Source of the DNA: Alkalispirochaeta sp.
Lineage (GTDB): Bacteria > Spirochaetota > Spirochaetia > DSM-27196 > Alkalispirochaetaceae
Length of the DNA stretch: 64,000 bases
Reading direction: 5' to 3'
NCBI GenBank assembly: GCA_965601925.1
Contig: OZ271854.1
Coordinates: 2,272,001-2,336,000 of the forward strand
Shown here piece by piece: positions 50,930-60,645 of this stretch; position 1 is the stretch's first letter, and every line of letters begins with the position of its first letter. A model generated the notes under the pieces. The model worked only from the letters and a program-made list of their open reading frames with translations. It had not been told where the DNA came from and made no database searches. Both the position numbers and the translations under genes were made by a program.

Positions 50930-52927
50930 ATGTCTGATCTATCACGCAGTCCAAACGTATTTCACCCGGAGCGCCCCTCCGCGGTCGGTTCGCGAAACAG
51001 CCTTGCGCAGGATGGTCGCGATCAGAAGCATGAATACGATCAACTGATTACCGAAGAGGCCGACAAAGTTTTACAAACGATTCAAACCAAACTTCCCGCC
51101 GAAGTTCTGGAACGTCTCGACGTCATGGGTGGTCTGAAGGAGAAGTTGTATAACTACTTCAACCAGAACTACCAGAACATGTTCAACCGGTACATCACCA
51201 CCACCGAAGACGAGATGGTGAAGAAGATCCGGAACTTCATCGACAAGGAAGAGAACAAAGCGCTCGCGCGGTACACGCCCAAAGAGATCGCCGAAATGCT
51301 CGACCAGATCGCCGGCGCAGACAAGTTCAACACCGGCGAGATCGAGAAGTCGATCGTCAACATGTACGGGCACCTCCAGGGGCACGTACAGCGCGGCATG
51401 AACGACCTGGAGACGCACACCAACTCGCTCTTGCGGCAGAAGACCGACGTCGGCGCCTTTATCCGCGGCGAGAATGCGTATTCGGTCGTCAAGTGCGCCT
51501 TCAAAGACAACATAATGAAGCCCAAGACGGTCAGCGACGCCAAGCTCTCGGTCAACATTCTCGACTCCGAGTTGATCAGCCCGATCTTCCAGTATCAGTC
51601 CACCGTCGAGTATTTGATCAAGGATCAGATCTCGCGCACGATCACCAACATGATCGAGCAGGAGGTCGAGCGCTTTCAGGACGAGCTCATCGACGAAGGA
51701 AAGGAGGAGCTGAGCGACACGGAGATCATCTTCGAGAAGATGAAGCGGGTCACCAACTTCACCGACGACAACCTCGAGGACGAGACCTCCAAGCGCTACT
51801 CTTTTCTCGCCAAAGAGCTTATCGAGAAGATCGAAGGACTCCGCGCCGAGATCGATCCGGCGCAGTTCGATCCCCTCAACATCCGCGAGAACTTGAAGAA
51901 GATCATCGACATGGAGAACATCCGTAACCGCGGCTTCAACACGTCGGTCAACTCGATCACCTCGATTCTCGACACTTCCAAAATGGGCTATCAGTTCGTT
52001 GAGAACCTCAAGAATGCTCGCGAGTTGATCATCCGCGAGTATGAGGACACCGACGCGCGCGAGCTCCCCGACGAGCGCTATCAGATTCGTCTCAAGTACT
52101 ACGATCCGGAGCAGCTCAAGAAGGAGCAGGAAGCCTACGATCTGCAGCTCGAATCATTTCGTCGCGAGATTCAGAATCTGTACGACATCGTCGAGGCGGT
52201 CTACGCCAGCGGCAAGTCGAGTTTCCGTGTGGACGACTTCGAGGATCTGGTTCGCAAGTTCGACAAGCGCGCCAAACGGCGCAAAGAGAGCATGACCTTT
52301 GAGGAGTCGGGCGACCCCTTAGTCGCCGAGCTGCGTCGCACCTGGAACGAGATCGTACGTATCAAGTCCGATATGACCGACGTGGAGAAGCTCAACCAGA
52401 CCTATCTCCACGAGAAGACGCTCTTCCGCAAGATGCTGATGGCCATCTCCGACCGTGTGAAACAGGTTTACGGCTTCCAGAATCCGAAGGAGAGAGTCGT
52501 GCTCGATCAGCGCATCAGCTTCCTGAAGACTCACTTCGAGGAGTTCGAGTACCTGATCAACCCGTATCACGTGCAGCCCGGGCTCCTCTTGGACGTCGAC
52601 ATTACGAGCATCAAGCGGAAGAAGTTCACTCTCAACGGCATGGCCAACGTGCTCAATGAGTTCCTTCATGGAATCTCCAAGGGATTCCAGGACGCCGCGT
52701 TTGCCGCCTTCAAGCGACGCCGCTCCACGGTGCGCGAGGATATCGGCATGAACTTCGAGACGGCCTACGATGAGGAGTCGACGGTCGTGGAGGGCGATCC
52801 GGCGGCGAACGCCAACACCAGCTTTGGCGCTGCGAGCGACAACGGACAGGCGGCGACGGTCAAAGGTCGAGCCGACGTATCGCCCAAGGCGGGTGAGATC
52901 GACGACGACGAGCTACAGGAACTGTAG
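50930..52927 (+). CDS. cfpA: Spirochaete cytoplasmic filament protein A
   Basis: [22 protein letters not shown]...[29 protein letters not shown] matches the Treponema CfpA N-terminus as I recall it; AT-rich upstream region with TATAAT (50883-50888), SD GGGGG, strongly biased codons. Confidence 0.93.
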   Translation: MSDLSRSPNVFHPERPSAVGSRNSLAQDGRDQKHEYDQLITEEADKVLQTIQTKLPAEVLERLDVMGGLKEKLYNYFNQNYQNMFNRYITTTEDEMVKKIRNFIDKEENKALARYTPKEIAEMLDQIAGADKFNTGEIEKSIVNMYGHLQGHVQRGMNDLETHTNSLLRQKTDVGAFIRGENAYSVVKCAFKDNIMKPKTVSDAKLSVNILDSELISPIFQYQSTVEYLIKDQISRTITNMIEQEVERFQDELIDEGKEELSDTEIIFEKMKRVTNFTDDNLEDETSKRYSFLAKELIEKIEGLRAEIDPAQFDPLNIRENLKKIIDMENIRNRGFNTSVNSITSILDTSKMGYQFVENLKNARELIIREYEDTDARELPDERYQIRLKYYDPEQLKKEQEAYDLQLESFRREIQNLYDIVEAVYASGKSSFRVDDFEDLVRKFDKRAKRRKESMTFEESGDPLVAELRRTWNEIVRIKSDMTDVEKLNQTYLHEKTLFRKMLMAISDRVKQVYGFQNPKERVVLDQRISFLKTHFEEFEYLINPYHVQPGLLLDVDITSIKRKKFTLNGMANVLNEFLHGISKGFQDAAFAAFKRRRSTVREDIGMNFETAYDEESTVVEGDPAANANTSFGAASDNGQAATVKGRADVSPKAGEIDDDELQEL

Positions 52928-52932
52928 TCGTT

Positions 52933-53868
52933 ATGCCAGGTAATCTGGATCTTCTTTCGCGCAGGGTCGGCTTCAACGCCGCCCTGCGCCATTTTAAGCG
53001 GGTATCTTCGTTCCTCCCGGTCGTTCCGAAAGGCGCCAACCTCGCCGATCTGTTGGCCGAGGAGGTCGATCAGGAACGCATGGGGCGCCATCAGATGGCC
53101 CCTGCGGTCAGCGCACTGTTGGTCGATAAGTTTGCCTATCGATATCGATCGGCCAACGCGGTGAGGACGGTCGAGGATGCCGGCGCGATCGTTACCAAAC
53201 TCGCCGAGTGGAGCGCGATCCAAATCGTACTCACCTACGAACATCCGCAAGCGGGTCTCTTTGTCATAAACCCCAAGCGTGAGGGTTCGTGGGAAGGTGC
53301 GCTTCCCATATTGCGCGACGAACTTATCGTCGTCTATGTGCAGGCGCTCGCGAAGTCCGTGACCGAGGAGACGTTGCTGAGGGCGCTCGACGACGTGCAC
53401 CGTTTGCTTGCCGGCGAGGCGGTCGAGACCTCTCCGGAGTACGTTTCCAAGCGGGCCGCAGCCTCCCCACCGGCGCCCGCCAAACCCGCCGCACCGGCTC
53501 CCCAAAAGGCGTCGGCGGCAGCGGCGTCCGGGAAAAAGCGACGCATGACGCCGCGATACTCCGTCGTTGTAACGAACGAGCTTTTTCACAACGGTAACGT
53601 TGAGGCGTGGAAACGCATTATCGCAAGCTACCGACAGAAGCACGGGGCTCTCGATGTGCTTATTTGGTACGATAACGAGCGCATCAACGACATCAATGCG
53701 CTTTTTAAGTGGGGGAAGGTCAAGCACGGCACACCGATTTTGGTGAGCGTCGTGGGCGATGAAATCAAAGACGTCTCCAAACTGCAACGCTACCTCTTCG
53801 AAGGCGCCAGTCCGCGCTTTGAGATGTTCCTGAAAGGCAGCATCGACCAACCCCTCGACCTGTTCTGA
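52933..53868 (+). CDS. Hypothetical protein with a Pro/Ala linker and a putative C-terminal HPr-like domain
   Basis: 5 bp after cfpA; C-terminal YSVVVTNELFH...DVLIWY...VKHGTPILVSVVGDE pattern. CDS is firm; HPr likeness is inference. Confidence 0.8.
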   Translation: MPGNLDLLSRRVGFNAALRHFKRVSSFLPVVPKGANLADLLAEEVDQERMGRHQMAPAVSALLVDKFAYRYRSANAVRTVEDAGAIVTKLAEWSAIQIVLTYEHPQAGLFVINPKREGSWEGALPILRDELIVVYVQALAKSVTEETLLRALDDVHRLLAGEAVETSPEYVSKRAAASPPAPAKPAAPAPQKASAAAASGKKRRMTPRYSVVVTNELFHNGNVEAWKRIIASYRQKHGALDVLIWYDNERINDINALFKWGKVKHGTPILVSVVGDEIKDVSKLQRYLFEGASPRFEMFLKGSIDQPLDLF

Positions 53869-53888
53869 CACCAAGGAGCTATGGAAAA

Positions 53889-56513
53889 ATGAGTGAAATC
53901 GTCCTGTTCGGCGATCGTAAGCATACTCTTGACCAGTCGACGCTGGATATCGTCGGTAGCCGCGGCGTGCGGGCCGTGTCGCTGGTCGATCTGGACGTCC
54001 CGATCTGTCCCGGCTTTGTCGTGCCGAACGGCTTTTTGGAGACGTTCCCGGACAATACGACCACCGCGTGGGCGGTCCTCAAGGAGCCGGTCGACGCCGT
54101 TGAGAAGGGGATGAAGCGGCGCTTCGGGAGTTCGGAGCAGGTGTTACTCCTCAAGGCGGTCGAGAGTCCCATGCTCAACGTGCGCAGTGCGCTCCCGTCG
54201 GTGCACCACGTGGGGCTGTGTGAGGGCACCATCGACGGAATCGCGGCGGCGGCCGGGGAGACCTTTGCATATCGGGAGTACGCATACCTCATTTCCAGTA
54301 TTCTGAAGCTTGAGATGGCCTCGGGTGTCGACGATACGAGGCAAAAAGCGCTCCAGGCGTTCGTCGACGATTTGCGTTCCGCTAAGCGCAAGGCGTCGGT
54401 ACTCAAGGTGCTTGAGCAGCATAAAGGCGTATTGCAGGAAGAGATATTTACCGAGCCCTTTTTTCAGCTCGCCTACGTACTCAAGCTCTTTCGCGCTGCG
54501 TTCAAGACGAGTCCGACCAGCGAGGACAGCGCCGTGCTCGTGCAGGCGATGGTGTACGGTAACTTCGACAAAGACAGCAGCTCCGGTTATCTCTACACGC
54601 ATAACATCATCTCCGGTGACGACGAGTTACAGGGTGAGTTCTTTCCCAAGGCGTTCGACGAGACCTCCGGCAAGGGCAAGGCGCTCGGCGGTCTTGCAAA
54701 AAAACACGTCGAAGAGCTGCAGACGATCGCGCGGACGCTGGAAGACCATTTTCGCGAGTTGCGTTTCGTCCGTTTTACGATCGAAAGCGGCAAGTTATGG
54801 CTCGTCGATCAAGGTGCCGTCAGCAACAAATCGACGCAGGCGGAGATCAAAACACTTCTCGACCTCATGCGACGCAAAGTCGTAAGCGAGGAGTACGTGA
54901 TAAACGCGATCAAACCGGGGCGTCTGGCGGAGATTCTCCACCCGACTCTCGATCGATCTTCGGTGTCTTCGTTCAAAGCGATACAGGGCGGTATCGCGGG
55001 TTCGGTCGGCGCCGCGATCGGACGAGTCTATTTTTCCACGGACCGTCTCATAGCCGCCCACCGACAAGCACAGATCGAAGGCGAGGATACGGACGTGATT
55101 CTCGCGATGCCGGCGACCTTTGCCGGAGACGTCAAGGGGATCGAAGTCGCTCAAGGCGTACTCTCCTCCGAGGGCGGCTACGCGTCCCACGCACCGGTTG
55201 TCGCGCGCAGCTTGGGAAAAGTGGCGCTCGTTTGGTCGGATGTCACGTTCAAGGCAAAGTCGATGGTGATCGACGGCAACGAGATCAAAGAGGGCGACTA
55301 TCTCACGCTTGATGTTCCGTACTATGAGGATCCGTCCATTTTTATAGGGCGCGGATCGCTGACGAAACCCACGCCTGAGGATTCGGGACTTCTCGACCTG
55401 CTGGAGGTGATCCAGCCGCGGATCAGGGATATGGACGTCCACGCCAACGCCGACCAACCGCGCGATGCGAAGCTGGCGCGCACCTTCGGCGCCCGGGGGA
55501 TCGGTTTGTGCCGCACCGAGCACATGTTCTTCGACGAGTCGCGCATCAATCGCTTCCGCTACATGATCCTCGCCGATTCCGAGGAGAAGCGGCTTGAGAT
55601 CCTGGAAGATTTGCGCGACGATCAAACCGAAGACTTCTACGGTCTATTCAAGATCATGGAGGGTTTGCCGGTTACGATTCGGCTTCTCGACGCGCCGCTG
55701 CACGAGTTTCTTCCGGCGACGCGCGAGACGATGGCGGCCTTCATCAAGCAGGCCGCGGCGGACAAGGTCGGACTTTCCAAGGCGACCATCGAGGCGCGAT
55801 CGCGATTGCTCCGGGAGTTTAACCCGATGCTCGGCCATCGGGGCATCCGGATCGCCATCTCATATCCTGAGATCTACCGAATGCAGATTCGTGCGATCTT
55901 CGATGCGGCGTATCGGCTCAAGAAGGAGGGCATTGAGGCGAAGCCGGAAATCATGATTCCCCTCGTAATGACGCCGAATGAGCTGAAGGTCGTCCGTAAC
56001 GGTAAGCGGATCGAAGGAAAGCAAATCCTCGGTGTCCGCGATATCGAAGAGGAGATTCGTGCGAAATATGAGATCGACTCGATTGAGTATCGCGTCGGCA
56101 CGATGATCGAGTTGCCCGCCGCTGCACTCAACGGGGGCGGGATCGCCCGGTATGCCGATTTCTTCTCGTTCGGGACCAACGATCTGACCCAAACGACCTA
56201 CGGAATCTCACGGGACGACTTCAACAACTTCTTCTCGGACTACAATGAGTTCGATCTGCTGCCGAGCAATCCTTTCAAAGTATTGCAGCCGCAAGTCCGA
56301 GAACTCGTGCAGACCGCCGCGCTGAGGGGGCGTATGGTGCGCCCCGATCTTAAGCTCGGACTATGTGGCGAGCACGGGGCGGAGCCCGAGAACGTCACCT
56401 TTTTTCGGGATTCAGGTCTGAACTACGTGTCGGTGTCGCCGTACGGCATTCCCATTGCAAAATTGGCCATTGCTCAGATGAATCTCAAGGAAGAGGCTGC
56501 GCAGAAGGGCTGA
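53889..56513 (+). CDS. Pyruvate phosphate dikinase-like PEP-utilising protein with a degenerate nucleotide-binding domain
   Basis: SD AAGGAG; GGYASHAPVVAR, GIGLCRTEHMFF, TIRLLD, EFNPMLGHRG, MIELP, FSFGTNDLTQ, GLCGEHG; N-terminal motifs diverged. Confidence 0.92.
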   Translation: MSEIVLFGDRKHTLDQSTLDIVGSRGVRAVSLVDLDVPICPGFVVPNGFLETFPDNTTTAWAVLKEPVDAVEKGMKRRFGSSEQVLLLKAVESPMLNVRSALPSVHHVGLCEGTIDGIAAAAGETFAYREYAYLISSILKLEMASGVDDTRQKALQAFVDDLRSAKRKASVLKVLEQHKGVLQEEIFTEPFFQLAYVLKLFRAAFKTSPTSEDSAVLVQAMVYGNFDKDSSSGYLYTHNIISGDDELQGEFFPKAFDETSGKGKALGGLAKKHVEELQTIARTLEDHFRELRFVRFTIESGKLWLVDQGAVSNKSTQAEIKTLLDLMRRKVVSEEYVINAIKPGRLAEILHPTLDRSSVSSFKAIQGGIAGSVGAAIGRVYFSTDRLIAAHRQAQIEGEDTDVILAMPATFAGDVKGIEVAQGVLSSEGGYASHAPVVARSLGKVALVWSDVTFKAKSMVIDGNEIKEGDYLTLDVPYYEDPSIFIGRGSLTKPTPEDSGLLDLLEVIQPRIRDMDVHANADQPRDAKLARTFGARGIGLCRTEHMFFDESRINRFRYMILADSEEKRLEILEDLRDDQTEDFYGLFKIMEGLPVTIRLLDAPLHEFLPATRETMAAFIKQAAADKVGLSKATIEARSRLLREFNPMLGHRGIRIAISYPEIYRMQIRAIFDAAYRLKKEGIEAKPEIMIPLVMTPNELKVVRNGKRIEGKQILGVRDIEEEIRAKYEIDSIEYRVGTMIELPAAALNGGGIARYADFFSFGTNDLTQTTYGISRDDFNNFFSDYNEFDLLPSNPFKVLQPQVRELVQTAALRGRMVRPDLKLGLCGEHGAEPENVTFFRDSGLNYVSVSPYGIPIAKLAIAQMNLKEEAAQKG

Positions 56514-56527
56514 TCGCACAGTGCGTC

Positions 56528-57409
56528 CTATGCGGCGTCCAGGACGTCGCATAGGCGATTGAACGTTTCGAGAAGGTACAGTTTGATCAGCGTCTCCGGC
56601 GTGTACTGACACTTAGGATAGTGTGCGACCACCAGCATGAGCGCCCGCTCGCACGTAGAGAGTGTGGCGGGGTACGGAGCTTTATTCCCCAGTTGATTGC
56701 CGAAGAGTCTGGCGCGAATCGCATCGTCCAGCGTCTCGGAACCTTGGCGATACAGACGATATGCTCGGTACTCGTTGCCGCTCAGAACTTGGTGGCTATG
56801 CGGTTTTATCAGAAGATTCTCATAAAATGCCGCGGCAAACGCGTGTACCGTCGTCACCTGATGGCGTTGGATTTTGCTGCCCGGCCACTGCTTGAGTTCC
56901 TGAAACCTGGCGACGACGTTTCGCAGTTGCTTGAAAATAGTGCGGAATCGGTACCGGAAACTCCCCTCGCTGCGTAGGTGTAGGTTTTCCAAACCGAAGG
57001 AATAAAAGACGAATAGCTGATCCAAGAGGAGATCGTACTCGGCGGCAAGACGCATCTGCAATGTTACGCTATAGGCCGGATCGACCTGCGACTCGTCGGC
57101 TCTCTCGGTATATTGACTTTCGTCCGTTGTATATCCCGAACGTTGCCGACCGACGCCCGATCCGTATACGTCCGCCGTTTCGGTTATGGGTTCGTCAACG
57201 GCGACCGTGTCGCCGCCGTTTCGCAGATAGTCGGTTGCCGCCAGATATGCCTCGTTGAGCTCGACGGTTCTTTCGTGTGACCACTCGGTCCGGTCAAGAT
57301 TGCGGTCGGGGTGATATATTTTAAGAAGCCTCCTAAATGAGAGGCTGACATCTTCTAATGTGGCGCCGTTGGAAAGCTCCAATACTTTGAATGCAACAGC
57401 GATATCCAT
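56528..57409 (-). CDS. J-domain (class C DnaJ-like) protein
   Basis: N-terminal AFKVLEL...FRRLLKIYHPDRN...LNEAY; unknown helical C-terminus. Confidence 0.9.
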   Translation of the reverse strand: MDIAVAFKVLELSNGATLEDVSLSFRRLLKIYHPDRNLDRTEWSHERTVELNEAYLAATDYLRNGGDTVAVDEPITETADVYGSGVGRQRSGYTTDESQYTERADESQVDPAYSVTLQMRLAAEYDLLLDQLFVFYSFGLENLHLRSEGSFRYRFRTIFKQLRNVVARFQELKQWPGSKIQRHQVTTVHAFAAAFYENLLIKPHSHQVLSGNEYRAYRLYRQGSETLDDAIRARLFGNQLGNKAPYPATLSTCERALMLVVAHYPKCQYTPETLIKLYLLETFNRLCDVLDAA

Positions 57410-57417
57410 TACCGTTT

Positions 57418-57479
57418 ATCATACGGCACGCTGTCTGCAAACACAATGCTTTGCAAAAGGTGGATCGGACGGCTACCAT
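57418..57479. promoter_or_regulatory. Back-to-back sigma70 promoters
   Basis: Minus: TTGTGT(57446-57441)-N17-TATGAT(57423-57418). Plus: TTGCAA(57451-57456)-N17-TACCAT(57474-57479). Confidence 0.65.
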
Positions 57480-57512
57480 GTACAATATCACCGACGATCG
57501 GAGGAAGACTGC

Positions 57513-58070
57513 ATGGCGAACGCGAAAGAATTGTTTCCCGCATATCAGGCAGGCGAGCTACCGAGGGAGCACGGCTATGTAGTGAGTACCTTCTATCATG
57601 ATGGTTCCAACTACACGCGCTACGAACTCATTTCCTTCGACAACGTAAAAGACATCTTTGTCGGCGAGGAGGGGCTCACCTTTCAGGCCGAAGGGCGGAA
57701 GCTCTACGTGTTGGTGGAACCGGCCGGCTGGCCCAATAACCACACGGAGCCGGCCTACCGGTCCGAAGCCGAGCGCATTCCCTACAGGCTCAAGGAGCTT
57801 ATCGACTATAGAACGCGTCGACAGGACCATGTGTATGTCGGCCGCGAGCCCGTCGTTACCTACAGCGCCTTTACGATCATGAAACCGGTAGGCCAAGACG
57901 CCTCCTACGTCTTTTACCCCGTCGAGGACGTGCGCAAAAACATTATGGAATTTTTTCGCCTCTCCCTCTGGAAACAGGCGCGCGTGCCTCAGGGCGATGT
58001 TCGCGAGGTCGTAAAGATTATCGACGAGGTCTTCGAAAAAATCGTTGTGGGGCGCGGCGAGTTCCGCTGA
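57513..58070 (+). CDS. Hypothetical protein
   Basis: SD GGAGGA before ATG 57513; 185 aa, globular-looking, no recognised motif. Confidence 0.8.
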   Translation: MANAKELFPAYQAGELPREHGYVVSTFYHDGSNYTRYELISFDNVKDIFVGEEGLTFQAEGRKLYVLVEPAGWPNNHTEPAYRSEAERIPYRLKELIDYRTRRQDHVYVGREPVVTYSAFTIMKPVGQDASYVFYPVEDVRKNIMEFFRLSLWKQARVPQGDVREVVKIIDEVFEKIVVGRGEFR

Positions 58071-58100
58071 GCTTACGGCGTAGAACCGCTCGGCGTTCCG

Positions 58101-59165
58101 TCAATCGCGGCGCGTGCCGTCTCCCGGGTCGTTTGCCGCGACGCGGTTTTTGCCGCCGCGCTTGGCGGCATACAAAGCGGCGTCAGCCTCGTGGAGCACC
58201 GTCTCAAACGAGCCGGCCGTCGCGAGTTCTTGGAGAGTTCCGCTTGATGCGATCGGAAAGGCGATTGCAGCGACGCCGATACTCACGGTGACTGCGATCG
58301 TATCGCCTCCGTGGGACGCTTTCATCGCCGCAACCAACGCGCGAAAACGTTCGGCCAGCGCGAGCGCGCCGACTAAGGGAGTGTGCGGGAGTATGATACC
58401 GAACTCTTCTCCTCCTAGACGCGCGACGACGTCGCTCTCCCGAAAACTCTCTCCCAGCGCCCGGGCTATCCGGCGTAGTACCTCGTCTCCCGCGGCGTGT
58501 CCAAACTCGTCGTTGATCCCTTTGAAGTCGTCGGCGTCGATCATCAGCACGGAAAACTCTTCGCCGTATCGCCGCGCTCGCGCCGTTGTACTCTCACCGA
58601 CGGAGAAAAAGTGTCTTCGATTCCAAAGCCCCGTAAGTTCGTCCGTAACGACTTGCGTCAACAGCCGCTCTTCCATCTCTTTGCGATCACTGATATCTAC
58701 CATCGACACGATAAGCGAGGATCGATCGTTAAAGGTAATGATCGATGCGGCGAGGGACGCCCAAAACACGCGATTCTCACCGGTCCGCAGTTGCACCTCG
58801 AATCCTCTGGCGTGCCCGTAGCGTCTTATGGTGTCCAAGAGGCGCGCCTGATCCTCTCTCTTCACGTAGTAGTCGTCGATGGGGCGTCCCACCGCATACT
58901 CTCGGTTGATGTGGAACGTACTGGCGGCGAGGAGATTGGCAAATTGAATGACTCCCGACTCGAGATCGATGATCACAATCGGGCTCGGCGCGTTCTCCGT
59001 CAGAGTACGGTATCGATGTTGTACCATCGTCAACTCGTGCTCCGTCGTCGACCGACTGCGCGCCTCGTTGCGTAGCATGCGGGAGAGATACGCCATACGA
59101 AGTACTATAAGAAGCAGTACGGGTACGGTAATCATGAGGGCAGGTACGATTCTTAACGCGATCAT
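58101..59165 (-). CDS. TM-PAS-GGEEF diguanylate cyclase
   Basis: One N-terminal TM; ENAPSPI..FAN PAS; DELTGLWNRR, RESD I-site, RLGGEEF. Confidence 0.94.
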   Translation of the reverse strand: MIALRIVPALMITVPVLLLIVLRMAYLSRMLRNEARSRSTTEHELTMVQHRYRTLTENAPSPIVIIDLESGVIQFANLLAASTFHINREYAVGRPIDDYYVKREDQARLLDTIRRYGHARGFEVQLRTGENRVFWASLAASIITFNDRSSLIVSMVDISDRKEMEERLLTQVVTDELTGLWNRRHFFSVGESTTARARRYGEEFSVLMIDADDFKGINDEFGHAAGDEVLRRIARALGESFRESDVVARLGGEEFGIILPHTPLVGALALAERFRALVAAMKASHGGDTIAVTVSIGVAAIAFPIASSGTLQELATAGSFETVLHEADAALYAAKRGGKNRVAANDPGDGTRRD

Positions 59166-59178
59166 GAAGGTTTGGCCT

Positions 59179-60645
59179 CTACAATAGGAGGTGCGCCTCC
59201 AGCCCCGCGGCGCGATGTAACAGTTGCTCGTCCGATCCGTATCTCGAGGCGATCTGTATACCGAGCGGTAGCCCCGCGGGACCGCGTCCGTTGGGTAAAC
59301 CGGCTATCGGAACGCTGACCGTAGGAACGCCCGCATAGGTCCACGGTAGATTCATCGTGGGGTCGCCGGTCGTCTCTATTCCGCGAGGCGCCTCGCCGAC
59401 GGTCGCAGGCGCGATCCAGACGGCGGCTCCGTGTCGTTCCAATGCGCGCTCGATGCGCTCCCGTACGCGTATCCTTCCCACCCGCGCTTGCTCGCGTCGC
59501 TCGTCCGTGACGGCGGCTCCCCGTTCGATGAGTTGTGCACTCCGGGAATGATACAGCTCGCCGTGTTCCTCGTACCACCGCGTGTGGACGTCGGCGAAGT
59601 CTCGAGCAATCATGTCTTTGTGCGCCTCGTTGATGCTCTCAATATCCGAGAAGATCGATACTCGCTGTACCTCGACGCCGAGACCGACGAGTCGTTCGAT
59701 CACCGCGTCCAAGCCCCGGAGACCCGTCGTATCGGCTTGCGCAAGATAGGCGTCGTCGGGGACGAGGACGGTGCCGAGAAGGTGGCGTAGATCGGAGCCC
59801 GCTCGGGACGTATGCCGGGATTCTCCGTTCGTCGGAGGCGCCGCTTCATGTGCGCGGTCTCGCGACCATCCGGTAACCGTCACCGAGGCCGACCGAGCGA
59901 GGGCGTCTACGTCGGCGGCGATGATACCGACGTGATCGGCATCAACCGAGAACGGTATCACCCCGTCGGCGGCGATCCGTCCGTAGCTCGGCTTGTATCC
60001 CGCGACGCCGCAAAAGGAGGCCGGGCGCGATATGGAGCCGATCGTCTGCGTACCGAGAGCAATGTGGCAGAACCCCGCCGCGACCGCCGCGGCCGAGCCG
60101 CTCGAGGACCCTCCGGGAGTGTGGTCCGGGTTCCAGGGGTTCCGTGTCGGACCGGGGCCGAAATAGGCGAACTCCGTGGTGACGGTCTTGCCGAGGATCA
60201 AGGCGCCCGCTTCCCGAAGGGCGCTCACGACCGACGCCTCGTCTCGATTCTCGTCGGGTCGACCGGGGGCTCCCTCGCGCGTGAACACGTCCGGCGGGAG
60301 GGCGGAACCTCCGCGGGTGGGGAATCCTGCGGTGTGAAACAGATCTTTCACACCGAGTAAGGCACCGAACAGCGGCGGACGATCCGTCGGGTCGGGCCAA
60401 CGCTTCTCGAGGGACGCCGCCTCGCGAAGAATGCGTGCTCTCCGCCGGGACGCGGTCTCGTCGGGAAGGAGCGTTCCAAGTACCGGTTCATGACGATCGA
60501 GTCGATCGAGAAGCGGCGAAAGCTCCTCCGTGAGATTCGTCTCACGCGACTCGAGACGCTTGTGAAGCCCCTCGAGTGATTGTGGGGCGACTCTGTCCGA
60601 CGTCTCGGCGCGCTTCGTTGAAGGGCGCGAGCTCCTGCGATCCAT
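59179..60645 (-). CDS. Amidase-signature family enzyme
   Basis: GVKDLF, GKTVTTEFA, TRNPWN..HTPGGSSSGSAAAVAAG, GTQTIGSISRPASFCG. Confidence 0.95.
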   Translation of the reverse strand: MDRRSSRPSTKRAETSDRVAPQSLEGLHKRLESRETNLTEELSPLLDRLDRHEPVLGTLLPDETASRRRARILREAASLEKRWPDPTDRPPLFGALLGVKDLFHTAGFPTRGGSALPPDVFTREGAPGRPDENRDEASVVSALREAGALILGKTVTTEFAYFGPGPTRNPWNPDHTPGGSSSGSAAAVAAGFCHIALGTQTIGSISRPASFCGVAGYKPSYGRIAADGVIPFSVDADHVGIIAADVDALARSASVTVTGWSRDRAHEAAPPTNGESRHTSRAGSDLRHLLGTVLVPDDAYLAQADTTGLRGLDAVIERLVGLGVEVQRVSIFSDIESINEAHKDMIARDFADVHTRWYEEHGELYHSRSAQLIERGAAVTDERREQARVGRIRVRERIERALERHGAAVWIAPATVGEAPRGIETTGDPTMNLPWTYAGVPTVSVPIAGLPNGRGPAGLPLGIQIASRYGSDEQLLHRAAGLEAHLLL

